Shown here piece by piece: positions 11,500 through 23,739 of a DNA stretch of 64,000 bases. Source of the stretch: Octopus sinensis (lineage: Eukaryota); contig NW_021835141.1 in the NCBI RefSeq assembly GCF_006345805.1, forward strand, positions 34,750-98,749. The letters run 5' to 3'. The notes under the pieces are model-generated. The model was given only the letters and a program-made list of their open reading frames with translations. It did no database searches and was not told the DNA's origin. A program made the position numbers and the translations under genes. The first letter of the stretch is position 1. Every line of letters begins with the position of its first letter.

Positions 11500-13495
11500 T
11501 GATTGGTCAATTAACAATATCAGCTTCGTATTTGGCGCGAATCAGGCCATCATAGCAACAATATGCAAAGGGCTCGAAAGAATAGCCATACCGCGTCATC
11601 CATCGAGAGGGATAACAGCAGTTGCGTTCGGATCTTGGATAGAGTAGTCCATTTGGGAAATATACTGCGGTCTCCACCCAACTTAATCTGGGAAGCATGG
11701 GGAGGGAATACAAAATATGCGTGTTCCAGGACTCCGAAGCAGGTCCAGAAGGGATCAGCCGTTCATTATTGAGAATTAGACTGTCAAAACCGGACGAGAC
11801 AAGACGTGCCTGTTATATATAATCGGCGTCTCCTCAAGAAAGCTTCATTGCTTCGGAGGCGCACACTTGGAAGTAGGTTGGAAACTCCACCGTGCATGTG
11901 TGGTGCCAACTATGTCTGCACAGGCGGAAATGGGAGGCTCACAATCCCTGGCTTTCGGATTGGATTATGGAGTGAATCTCACTAGGTATTAAGGGATACC
12001 TCCTGAAGCTCAAGCAGAATGAAGGAGTGGTGTAGCTGCTGGAAGTAAATGCATCCAATAGCGAGGCCAAATACAAATGCTTCCTTAACAAAGTCACTGC
12101 AGCTTTGGATATATTTGGGGTAAAGTCATTTGTCTTACAAGGAGACTTCCGTGAACACTTTGGCGCTGATAACCGCAAGAAGTATTGATTGGGTGGAATG
12201 GCGTCACACACCTTAATGTGGTGGCCATACTAGTCTTCTGGTAGGAAACGGACTCTCTATGATATAGTTATCGTTTTAAGACAGGATTGTTTATAAGGGT
12301 ACTTGGAATAGAAATGCTTAGTGACAGAAGTTCTTGATAGATGTTGTTGTCGTCTCAGTCATCTTTGAGTCTGTGCTGGACGTTCGGGTAAAAGGAGTGG
12401 GGAGAGTTGTCAACTGATCACTACCAAGATGTCTGAAACCGGAAGATGCCTACAGTTGGGAGAACCTAGTGATTTGGTAAGTCCAGTGCGACCTACAGAA
12501 TAAAGTTGATAGTAGTTGTGGATGATGGAATAAGAAAAAAAATTGTGGATAATATTGCATCCAAATTGAGAGAGACCCATATGAATAAACTTGGGCATCG
12601 AAATCGATTAGTGATTGTATTATTTTGTCGAACTAAAGTCACTGAAAGTGATAAAGCTGCTGGAGAGAAATAAATACGTCGTCTTGATAATTTAAAACCC
12701 TTAAATACTCAGGGTATTCTCTGAGTGACCCATGTATGCTAGGTGGAATGGGTCTCAGGGAAAACACGAGGGCAATGTCAATCCGGGGTAATAATCACAG
12801 ATTTTTTTTAGACAAAGTCTACACTACATGTCTAGAAATATTACGTAGGGAAATGGTCGCGCCCAAGATTACTGTCCTGGATACAGTACACCCGACCAGA
12901 TATTCGTTCAAAGGCAGATCTTCGAGAAAACGTTGAAATAATTCCAAGGGGAATACGCTGTAGACCACGTGCCGTGGGGCATGTGCGTATGGTTACCAGG
13001 AAGCCGAGTTCAATGGGCAAATACTTTTTAAACGTAAAATATTTGTACGGATGTCCAAATGTTTGAATTTCTGCAAAAGCCGAATGTTTTCAACGTGGAG
13101 TTTGGACTTCAATAGCAGAGCGCATTGTTAGTGCTTCTTCTCACATTTCTTATGATCTGGTTGAGCATGGCTCAGCCATTTTAGTAGAAGTATCTCATTT
13201 CGTCTGTAAGGGGTCGGTCGACTGCTATTTGCAGACGACATGCTGCTATCTGACTCATGTCATGTTCACTTTCGACATGCATTGAATGGGTTGGCTGCCG
13301 AGTGCTCCAAGGCAGGGATGACTAACACACACTCTGCAGGAAAGTGGAACATCGTTACTTCGGGAATCTATTCACGAGTGATTGAAGCACAAGACTGAGA
13401 CACAGATTGCTAACTTCTAGATATAAACGCATTGATGCGCTAGGTCGGGCATTCGATTCTCAGACGAACAATAGTTGGTACACTTATCGACGTAG
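11500..13495 (+). mobile_element. Degenerate RTE-clade LINE (copy at 45740-47715)
   Basis: Remnant motifs LQGDF..H, STDHY, DHVPW, LLFADD. Confidence 0.65.
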
Positions 13496-13861
13496 CGCTG
13501 CACACACACACACACACACACACCACACACACACACACACACAACACACACACACACTCATATACACACAATTAATGTCATAGTATAACAGAGTAACATT
13601 TTATTAAGGAAATTATTGCAAAGAAAAATGTATTTTAAAAGAAATTTTGACTTGTATCTTAGTATATATTACTGAAGAAATATGAATAGTGATGTAGAGA
13701 CAATTCAGCTTTGGTGAAATTATAAATCGTTAAGGAGACACGGGTGAATGAATTTAGCTAAACACTGTAGAACTGGAAGTTGGATACTTTATAATATTTA
13801 ATCTCATTCCTGAACATTTCTTCAAAGTTATTGTCTTATACAATATAAAATTAGTTCTTAC

Positions 13862-13913
13862 TTGGGGTGTCATCAGGTTTATCGTCGCAAGATTTCTTGG
13901 AGATGACACGGTT
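13862..13913 (-). CDS. G2 exon 2b (52 nt, Cys variant)
   Basis: tttttccacag|NRVISKKSCDDKPDDTP|gtaaga, phase 0 to 1. Confidence 0.7.
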
Positions 13914-13959
13914 CTGTGGAAAAATAGAGAGTATTTATTATCGTTTAGAACTGAAAAAA

Positions 13960-14640
13960 GAATGCAATACATGACAACATTTTCGGACAGCATTTTATGA
14001 AGATGTGGGTGACGTCGACATTGTCCATTCTACCAAATCTATTATATCGTGTTACATCTTGGAGGTTTGCTGGAACTGCATGCCTTTCTGTGAATCTGGT
14101 ATTTCATTATTTCATGCTTGTATATGGCAAAGCATACACATTACATACATAAACAGCTAATATCCCTGTACATTGTCAAGAGTAGACTAATTTTGCTATC
14201 TAAAATCGCTGGTAGTTTGAAGATGACTAGAAACGTTAGACTTGCGCATTCTGCTGACGTACAAGAAAGCCCGAAGCCAACCTTTCATGTACGGCGTCCT
14301 AATCCGCTGTAGGACTATTCCACTGCGTCCTTAGGGGAATCTGTCAAGGCAATATGATGCAATATTTAAAAGTAGTTTGAATTGATGTAAAAGCTCAATT
14401 GCCTTGATATTATTTAGTATAGTTATCCATCATGATCACTGAAGAGTCGGGCATTTCTAGCACTGGTGAATAATATTCCGGATTGAAGCTCGAAGGTCAA
14501 CATATCTTTTGGCGTTCAATGGAATATCACAAAAGTTTGTAAGAAAAATGTTAGGGAACATATATAGTAGGTTATAAATTGACTGCATACGAAAGGGATG
14601 AGGATTAGATATTTTGTACACGGGTGCTATATAAACTGGT
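13960..14640 (-). mobile_element. Possible old RLE-type (R4/Dong-like) LINE fragment (copy 48140-48810)
   Basis: DVTHIFIKCCPKM resembles the CCHC knuckle end of RLE LINEs; otherwise highly decayed. Confidence 0.3.
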
Positions 14641-14851
14641 TATTCACTCCTTAAATATAGTGTGTATATGTAGATGTATATATGTAAGTGTATAAAAATT
14701 TATATATATATATATGTGTGTGTGTGTTGATATATATATATATATATATATGTTTATACATATATATAACATATGTTTGTGTGTATGTGTTTACATATAT
14801 ATATATGTATATATATATGTATACATATTTACATATATATATATGTATTTA

Positions 14852-15323
14852 TATTGGGTTGCCTGGAAAGCTCGTGCCGATTTTTAAAGGAATATAAAGG
14901 GCCAATAAATACTTGCCATTGCATTTTTAAACAACCAAATATGAACCATTTTGTTGCACTATGCTTCTCCATCTTTCCTTTAACTTGAAAATACCCTCTT
15001 TCCAGAATTGAGGTGGTTTCATGGCAAAGAATTCATCGAGGTATCTTTTGACGTCATTCAAGCAATTAAAATTTTTACCATTAAGACTATTCTGCAGAGG
15101 CCTGAATATGTGGAAATCCGAAGGTGCAATATCTGGCGAATATGGAGGGATGGAGTAATACATGCCAGCCGAGCTGCAGCAATTTTTGTCTGGTTCCCAA
15201 AGCATCAAGTGCCGAAAATGAACTTTCTTATCCTGCCTTTTCAAGTGTTACAAAATTAACACTGGTTATAGGAACATAAACCTTTATAACACGAAAAGAT
15301 AGCTTAAACTGCGCTCTAACTGC
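14852..15323 (-). mobile_element. Internally deleted mariner transposon, one TIR lost
   Basis: PPYSPDIAPSDFHIFR...GIFKLKERW transposase C-terminus joined to N-terminal HFRHLMLWE; TA-TTGGGTTGCC TIR. Confidence 0.85.
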
Positions 15324-15429
15324 GCACACATACATAATACATACACACATATTTACTCACACGCACACATACATAATACATACACACATATTCACACACA
15401 AGCACACATACATACCTAAATAAATACAT

Positions 15430-15483
15430 GCATACAGACATAAATATATGTTAACAAAAGAATCCATGACTTACCGTTTTTGA
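15430..15483 (-). pseudogene. Orphan remnant of exon-1 3' end plus donor and intron-1 start
   Basis: AAAAACG|GTAAGTCATGGATT at 15475 matches the true exon-1 donors; fused to RTE LINE sequence. Confidence 0.8.
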
Positions 15484-17335
15484 TGGGAGCACAATATTGA
15501 CGGTCTCAGGACAACAAAGCAGATCAAGAAGGGAACCTTTAATAATTGAGAATTAAAACGTCAAAATTGTTAGATATAATCTGCCTGTAAGATATAATCG
15601 GTGTCTCCTCTACAAAATTTCCTTTCTCCGATAGCGTACACCTGGATATAGGCTTGAAACTCCACTACGCAACTGTGGTGCCAGCAATGTCTGCACAGGT
15701 GGGATTAGGATACTCTCAATCCACAGCTTTCGGATTGTATTATGGAGTGAAACCTACTAGGTGTGAGTGTTCACTTCTTGAAACTAAGGCTGAATATGAA
15801 GGACCACTGTGGCTGCTGTAAGTATATGCAGCAAACAGCGGTCAAATACAAATCCTTCCTAAGCAAATTCACCTCAGCTTTAGATATATTTGGGACAAAG
15901 TCATTTGTCCTGCAAGGAGACTTCAGTGCACACCTTGGCACTGATAACCGTGAGAAGGATTGATTGGAAGGAATGTCGGCAGAGAACTTAAAGAACAGGT
16001 CATAGCAGCCTTCTGTGCAGGATACACACTCTCCTCTCTCTGGTATAGATATTATTTTAAGACAGGGATATTTATAAGGGTGCCTGATATAGAAATACTT
16101 GGTGACAGAGGTTTTTGATAGAGTTCGGTCATCTTTCACTCTTTTCTGAACGTTCAGGTAAAAGGTGAAGTGGAGTTGTCACCTCGTCACTACCTAAATG
16201 TCTGAAAACCTGAAAATTCCTACAGTCTGCCGAACACTGGAAATTGGTAAGTCCAGTGCGACCTACAGACTACAGTTGGAAGCCGCAGTGGATGCTGGGA
16301 TCAGAAACAAAAATGTGGAGACTTTTGCATCCAAGTTGAGAGTGACCCGCCTGAATGAACTTGGACCTCGAAATGGATTCGTGGTTGTATTATTTTTTCG
16401 GCAGGTTCTTCTTCGGTTGAACGCTTATTTGAGCTCAATTCACTTAAAAGTGATAAACCTGCTGGTGATTAGCACGTTGGGCTTGAAATTTTAGAAATCT
16501 TAAATACAGATGGTATTCTCTGAGTGACACATATATGGTAGGTGGATGGGACCTCTGGAAAAAACACCAAGGCAATGGTAATATGGGGAGACAATTACAA
16601 ATGTTTTCAAACAGAGACCAAAGAGTGAGTTCTAATTATAGAAATGTCTATTCTAGATGTCAGGAAAAGATATGCAGGGGAATTGTCGCGCCCAAGATTA
16701 CTGTCCGGGACGCGGAGCACCCGACCAGATAGTCGTTCAAAACAGATATTCCAGCAAACACTGAAATATTTCCAAGGTTTAAACGATGTAAACAACGGAA
16801 AGGCACACGATCACGTGCCCTGGGGCATGTTGCGGATGGTTTACCAGGAAGGTGAGTTTAATGGGCAAATACTGGTTGCCATAAAGTACTTATATGGATG
16901 TTCAAATGATTGTATTATGTAAAAGTCGAAAGTTTTCAACGTGAAGGTTTCACTCAGTTGATGGTGCATTGTTAGTGTCCCTTCTCACATTCTTTTTTGT
17001 GATCTGGTTGAATATGCGCAGCGATTGTGGTAGAGGTATCCCAATTCATCTCTACGTGATCGGTCGACTGTTATTTGTAGACAACATGCTGCTACCTGAT
17101 TCGTCTGATAGTCACCAACAACGTGCATTGAATTGGTTAGCTGCCGAGTACCCCAAGGCAGGATTGACAAATACGCACTCTGTAGGAAAGTGGAAAATCA
17201 TTATTTCGGGTCTCTATTCACGAAACGATTGGAAGCAGAAGAGTGGACAGGATGCTGAATTGTAGATATAAACGCAGTGAAGCTCGGGAATATGATTCTC
17301 AGATGAAGAGGTCTTGGAACAATTATTGACGTAGC
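15484..17335 (+). mobile_element. Degenerate RTE-clade LINE (copy at 49935-51555)
   Basis: LQGDFSAHLGTD (APE), KAHDHVPWGML, RLLFVD(N/D)M (RT). Confidence 0.7.
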
Positions 17336-17571
17336 ACTGCATATATACTCATATACACACAATATATGGCATAGTATATAAGAATAACATTTTATTTAGG
17401 AAATTATTGTAAAGTAGAATATATTTCGAAATAAATTCAGGCAAGTGTCTTAGTATATACTATTGTGGACATGTGGATAGTAATGTGGAACTAATTCAAA
17501 GTTGGTGAAATTATAAACCATGACTTAAGGAGACACGGGTTAATGACTTTAGCTATAAAATTAGTTCTTAC

Positions 17572-17623
17572 TTGGTGTGTCATCAGGTTTATCGTCGAGA
17601 GATTTCTTGGAGATGAAACGGTT
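17572..17623 (-). CDS. G2 exon 2a (52 nt)
   Basis: ttttttcacag|NRFISKKSLDDKPDDTP|gtaaga, phase 0 to 1. Confidence 0.75.
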
Positions 17624-17724
17624 CTGTGAAAAAATAGAAATAGCATCATATAAATAGAACTTCAGGGTATTTATTATCGTTTAGAACTTAAAACAATGCA
17701 ATAGATGACAACATATTCGGACAG

Positions 17725-17995
17725 GTATCATTGCCAACACTACCATCTCAACCTCTTAGGAATCTTCTAGAAGGCGCTTCCATCCAGTCGAACGATTTTC
17801 TGAACAATATCAGACAATACAACTCTGCATTTCAAATGACATCGTTTGGTGAATCTAAGAAGATAGATAAACATGAATTTACGCCGACGTCAAAGTTCAA
17901 GGGCAAGTCTATCCCCTCATTGGTTTCCTTGTAACCGCGAATGAACAACCACAGTTCCTCCAAATTTGCTCTATGAGTGATGTAGGACAAGAAAC
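17725..17995 (+). mobile_element. Helitron Rep-helicase fragment
   Basis: FLNNIRQYNSAFQMTSFG motif typical of the Helitron RepHel N-terminal region. Confidence 0.7.
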
Positions 17996-18330
17996 CCGAA
18001 GTGAGGTGTCAAAATATCCGATGATGGGTCGTGTTAGACACAGCGCACACTGCTGCAAAGTAGAGTATATCCACTGACAGCTTTTCGGTGCGTTGAAAAA
18101 TCACACAAACCCCAGCTCCAATATTGCATGACAGGTTAGGGCCTGAAACACTCCAAACGGACGCATAGCATGTTGCTTAGTCGAATTAGCCCAGCATTTA
18201 CTCTACAAATGTTTTGTTGTCAATGTTGCAGTTTCGCATATCACCTGTTTCAAAATGACTGCAATATATTATATACCAACTTTGCCATTTGAATCCCCAG
18301 CAATGCCGGGTATCTCTGCTAGTACACACA

Positions 18331-18370
<40 letters not shown>

Positions 18371-18442
18371 TATATATATATATATATAAACACACATATT
18401 TCTACATATGTATATATATATATATATATAATATATTATATT

Positions 18443-18510
<68 letters not shown>

Positions 18511-18735
18511 ATATATATATCTATATATGGGTAGCAAAAAAGTGGAGAAAATTCTCTGCTACCAGCGGTCTAGTGAGGAAGAAAAGATAGTCAAAGACTA
18601 TATACTATACATTCAACCATATACGGAATGGCCATAATAGGACATTCGACTCACTAGAAAGAGCAGCCAAACTCAAACCGTAAATTAGTTGTAATTCTGA
18701 AATAGAAAGGGAAATAAAAACGTTTACCCCTTTCA

Positions 18736-18821
18736 TCTCTGGACTATGCATAGTTTCTACAACCTGTAAACGAATTATTAAATTAAATATAGTTACATCT
18801 GGCGTGCCTCGTCAGCAGAGA
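18736..18821 (-). ncRNA. Type I hammerhead ribozyme
   Basis: TCTCTG-CTGACGA...GAAAC-TATGCATA-GTC/CAGAGA; stem II imperfect. Confidence 0.65.
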
Positions 18822-19062
18822 AGCCTAGGACGAGTATATGTCCACGAGGCGATGGTAAAGAAGCCTCCAGTCCATATGCTCTAAATTTTCAAAATTCTCT
18901 ACCGCAATCGCGATGTCTTCTCAGCAGCAAATATAAACTGCTGATTTAATTTCAAAATTAGCCAAAAAAAATTAATTAATAAATATAAGGGTATTTAGCA
19001 GTTTGAGTTTGGCTGCTCTTTCTAGTAAGTCGAATGTCCTATTATGACCAATTCCTTATATG

Positions 19063-19137
<75 letters not shown>

Positions 19138-19659
19138 CATGTATATATATAGTTAAATTTAATCCATAGAAGAAAGCACAAAGAAACACAACAACGCGAG
19201 GACCTGGAACAAATATAGTATTATTGGAAGTTCAGGAAAGAAGGAAAGAAGGAGGGTTTAACGTTTCAGGTGGAGCTCTTCGTCGGAAACATACGAGAAG
19301 GAAAGATCCAGAGGAGGGAAGACAGAGTAAAAAAAATCGCCATCGGTACACACGCGGTCACATTTTGAATGACGGGAAGGAAATGGGTGAAGAAAAGTTC
19401 TTTCAAAGACAGGAGAGTGGTTCTTTCAAAGACAGGAGATTGGTGGAGGAAGAAGTATGTGTGTGTAAGTGTGGATAAGAGCGTGCGCGGAGGTCTGCGT
19501 GTGCGTGTGTGTGTCTGTGTGTATGTGTGCAATGATGACACGTGTGTGTGTGTGTGTGTGTGTTGTAGGGCTAGTAGTGTTAAGGTCAAGGAAGAAGGAA
19601 TTGGGCGTGGCTCCCTTTGTCTCTACCCCAGGTCAAGTAGTAGGTACTGCTAGTTAGAA

Positions 19660-20390
19660 GTATGTGTGTGTGCATGTATGTATATGTATCATGTGTGAGT
19701 TTTGTTTGTATTGTGTGTGTGTGTACGTATGTGTGTGTGTCAGTGTGTGTATGCGTAGAGTTTGGGTGTGTGGTGAATAACTGTGCTTTAATTAGAGTAT
19801 GTGTGAGTGTGTGCTTGTACGTGCGTATGTGTGTATACATGTATGTATAATTGTGTGCGTGTATGTATATTTGTGTGCCGTGTGTATGGGATGTATATGT
19901 GGGTTCATTTATGTGTGTGTATGTATGTGCCTTCGTGTGTCTCATGTGCGTGTACGTGTGCGTTTGTATGTGTGTGTGTAAGCGTATATGGGTGTATATA
20001 CGTGTATCCGTGGGGTTGTGAGATTTGGGTATGGGAATTAATATGCGTGTGTGCGTGCGTATGTGTGCGCATCCTTTTGCGTGCGTGTGTGTGTGTGTGT
20101 CTGTATGTATATACGTATGTGTATGTGTGTGTATGCGTGTAGGCATATGTTGTGTGTATGTATATGTATCGGCGTATATGTAAAATTGTGCATGCGTGTG
20201 CGTGCGTGTGCTTGTGTGCGTGTGTGCGCTTAAGTGTGTGTATGTGCGAGTGTGTCTGTGCCCATTTGTGTATAAGTGCGTGCGTATCAGTATGAGTATT
20301 GTCTGTTGGAGGTAGATGAGGGCATCTGTGCTGGTGTGTGTGTATGCACGTGTGTATGTGTGTGTGTTGTGTGCGTATGATACATATATA
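19660..20390. repeat. Degenerate (TG)n field
   Basis: Direct inspection. Confidence 0.9.
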
Positions 20391-20771
20391 TATCTCCGTG
20401 ATCACCGTGACCGACCAGGCTATCAGTTGTTGCTATACATCGCCGGTCACAATGCGCTTCGCATTGTTTTAGCCTTCAAATGACGCCACCCCGCAGGTTA
20501 AGCGAGCAGGCCAACAGAAGAAAGGGAGAAAGTTGTAGCGAAAGAGTTCAGCAGAGATCAACACAACCCACTCCCTGAGCCTCGTGGAGCTTTAGGTGTT
20601 TTTGCTCAATAAACACTCACAACACCCAGTCTGTGAATCGAAATCGCGATCCTACAATCGTGACTCCGCTGCACTAACCACTGGGCCACTGCGCTTCGAC
20701 ACACACACACACACACACACACACCAGAGCCATGTCAGTAGATTTGGTAGATTGAGACTGAAAGAAGGGTG

Positions 20772-20826
<55 letters not shown>

Positions 20827-20942
20827 TACAAACACGCACACACACAAACACAACACAAACACACACACATATACAAACACACAAAAACACACACAACAAC
20901 ACACACACACACACCACACACACCACCCACACACAACAACAC

Positions 20943-20997
<55 letters not shown>

Positions 20998-21754
20998 TAA
21001 ATACATATCAATATAGAGGTATACACGTACACATAAGCATACACACCATAAATATCACAATTAGACGTATCTACTTATACGCATACACACACAAACGCAC
21101 ACATATATGTGAGTGGACATACACTGTATAGTGTGATTGTTCGTGTACAATTGAGCACGTGTGTCTGTGTGCGTGCGTATGTGTGTGGTGTTTGTGTTTA
21201 TTTGTGCGTGTGTTTGTCCGTGTGTCTGTGTGTATGTATTTACATTCGTTCTTACATATTGTCATATATAAAAACCAACGTGAATTACAGTCAAACGTTA
21301 CGAAATTCACCGATCTACATTGGCACTCGCACGTTTTATTTCAGTTGGAAAGAAAAGATTCAAAAAACTCGCCTCACTTCCGTTCCTGATGGAGAGAAAT
21401 AGATAAATGTGTGTAATATGTACGAATTCCTATGTGTGCGTGTGTGTGTGTTTGTAGTGTTGTCTGTGTGTGTCTGTGTGCGTGTGTGTAAGTGTACATC
21501 TAGATATAATACTTAACACTAATATTAATAGGGCTAAACGTTGCAGCGACAGGGCATGGCCATGCTAGAACTCCACCATTAGATTTTTTCATTACGCACT
21601 TATTTCCCTCTCCAGGATTATGTCTGGTGAAAGAGCGATCGGACAGGAGTACAATTCCCCTTCTTTGTGTTTACTTGGGATGTGTGTTTATGTATGTATA
21701 TATATATGTTATATTATATATATAATATATATAATATATTATATAGACATATAT

Positions 21755-21841
<87 letters not shown>

Positions 21842-22211
21842 TGTAGATAAATAGATTGATAGATAGATATGTATGTACATACATACGTAACTATATATGT
21901 GTGTATGTATATATGATATGTATATATATATATATATATAGATGTATGGGTGTGTTTGTGTGTATAGCACACATAGTTTGTATGTATCTATGTTTTATAT
22001 ATGTGTCTGTTATTGTCGCACCACTATCGATTCTCAACTGATGTCGGTGTATTTACGTCCCCGTTACATAGCGGTTCGAGTAGAGATAACGATAGAATGA
22101 GCAATAGGCTTACAAATAATAATTCCTGAAGTCACTTTGTTCTACTAAACGCTGTGCTCTATTATGGCCGCAGTCAAATGACTGAAACGGGTAAAAGAAT
22201 ATATTTATATA

Positions 22212-22269
<58 letters not shown>

Positions 22270-22701
22270 AATGGAGAGAGAGAGAGAGAGAGAGAAATAG
22301 ACAGAGAGATACAGTGATAGATACACACACGCATATATTTTTTTGTATATATATATATCTATATATGTTCACGCACTAATATATTCATATATATGTATAT
22401 TTATATATACATATATATATGTATATTATATATACAAATATACGTATATGTATATATATGTATATTTAGGTGTGTGCGCCTGTGTGTTCGTGTGTGATTA
22501 CGTGTGTGATCTTATGTGTGTGTGTGTGTGCTCCATAGGAACATATGTAAGTGATTCATGCATACATCCTTACATCCATCCATCCATCCGTACGTACATA
22601 CATCCACATATTAATACATACATACGTAAATGCATACATACATACATGCATATATAAATACATAAAGACATACATATATTAACAAAAAATCCATGACTTA
22701 C

Positions 22702-22845
22702 CGTTTTCGATTTCTCTTCCATTTTTCCTATTCTTGAATCTTGATGAAGAATCACGATCGTCAGAAGGAGAAGAACCCCAAAAGCTATGAGAGAAGAAAT
22801 GGAATAACGCTGCGAAATATTCCTGGACAGTTGTGCGAAATCCAT
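22702..22845 (-). CDS. G2 exon 1 (signal anchor)
   Basis: MDFAQLSRN...IAFGVLLLLTIVIL...EEKSKT|gtaagt. Confidence 0.85.
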
Positions 22846-23739
22846 TCTGGTGACAGTTGTCGGTCGTACGTGATACTTCGTGTGGCTTCAACTAAAGATC
22901 GAGATGCGAGGTTGAAGCTGAAGACCTGTAACTGAATTCCACGTATTTATTGAGCGCACAACAACCCAGCTCTGGCATAGATCTTATCGTAAATTTATGA
23001 ACCAATGCGATTGGTGGAACTGTAAAAGCGGGTGTGAACTTGTCTGACAGGTTTACTTACTGGAAAGAGATGGTTTGATATTGTCACACAATAATTAGCA
23101 AAATATTTTGATGAATGAGAGACACGTGTAAAGTGAAATGATTCCGTTTTCTTGATATATTATGATATATTTATTATTTACTGTTGTTAATTAATTTTAT
23201 TTGTTATTCTTTGGAAACTGTTTTAAATATCAGTGTGGGAAGTATTTCGTTCAACCGACGAATACCACGACACAAAGACACCACACACACACACGCACAC
23301 TGACACACACACACACACACTGACACACTGACACACTCTGACACACACACACAAACACACACACCCACACACACACACTGAAACACACACACACACTGCC
23401 ACACACACACACACACCAACAAACACTGACACACACACACAAACTAACAAACACACAGACACACACTGACACACATACACACACTCACACATAGACACAC
23501 ACACTGACACACACACTGACGCACACACTGACAAACACACATACATTGGCATACACACACACACACACACTGTTTTAATATTCAGTGTGGGAAGTATTTC
23601 GTTCAACCCACACAGTAATCGCAAGACTTAATCTAATGAAGTCCGCTGTTCGGATTGGATTCTTCAAAACAAGCGTTAATCGGATTAGAAAAGTTTTATG
23701 GGAATATCAAAATCAAAACCTACCAATTCCCACCCACCC

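Larger units (their letters stand above)
8498..22845 (-). pseudogene. G2: short-chain collagen C4-like domain gene (double exon-2 type), disrupted as assembled
   Basis: Exons 22702-22845, 17572-17623 and/or 13862-13913, 11018-11092, 8498-8997 with GT-AG and matching phases 0/1/1. Exon 4 has +1 A in the A8 run (8892-8899), TAA for TAT at 8584-8586 and a -1 G near 8575; these may be sequencing errors. Confidence 0.6.

Noticed and set aside
11093-22701. Hidden Gly-X-Y collagen exons implied by the family name
   Set aside because: None seen; exons 1-2-3-4 already join in frame without them.
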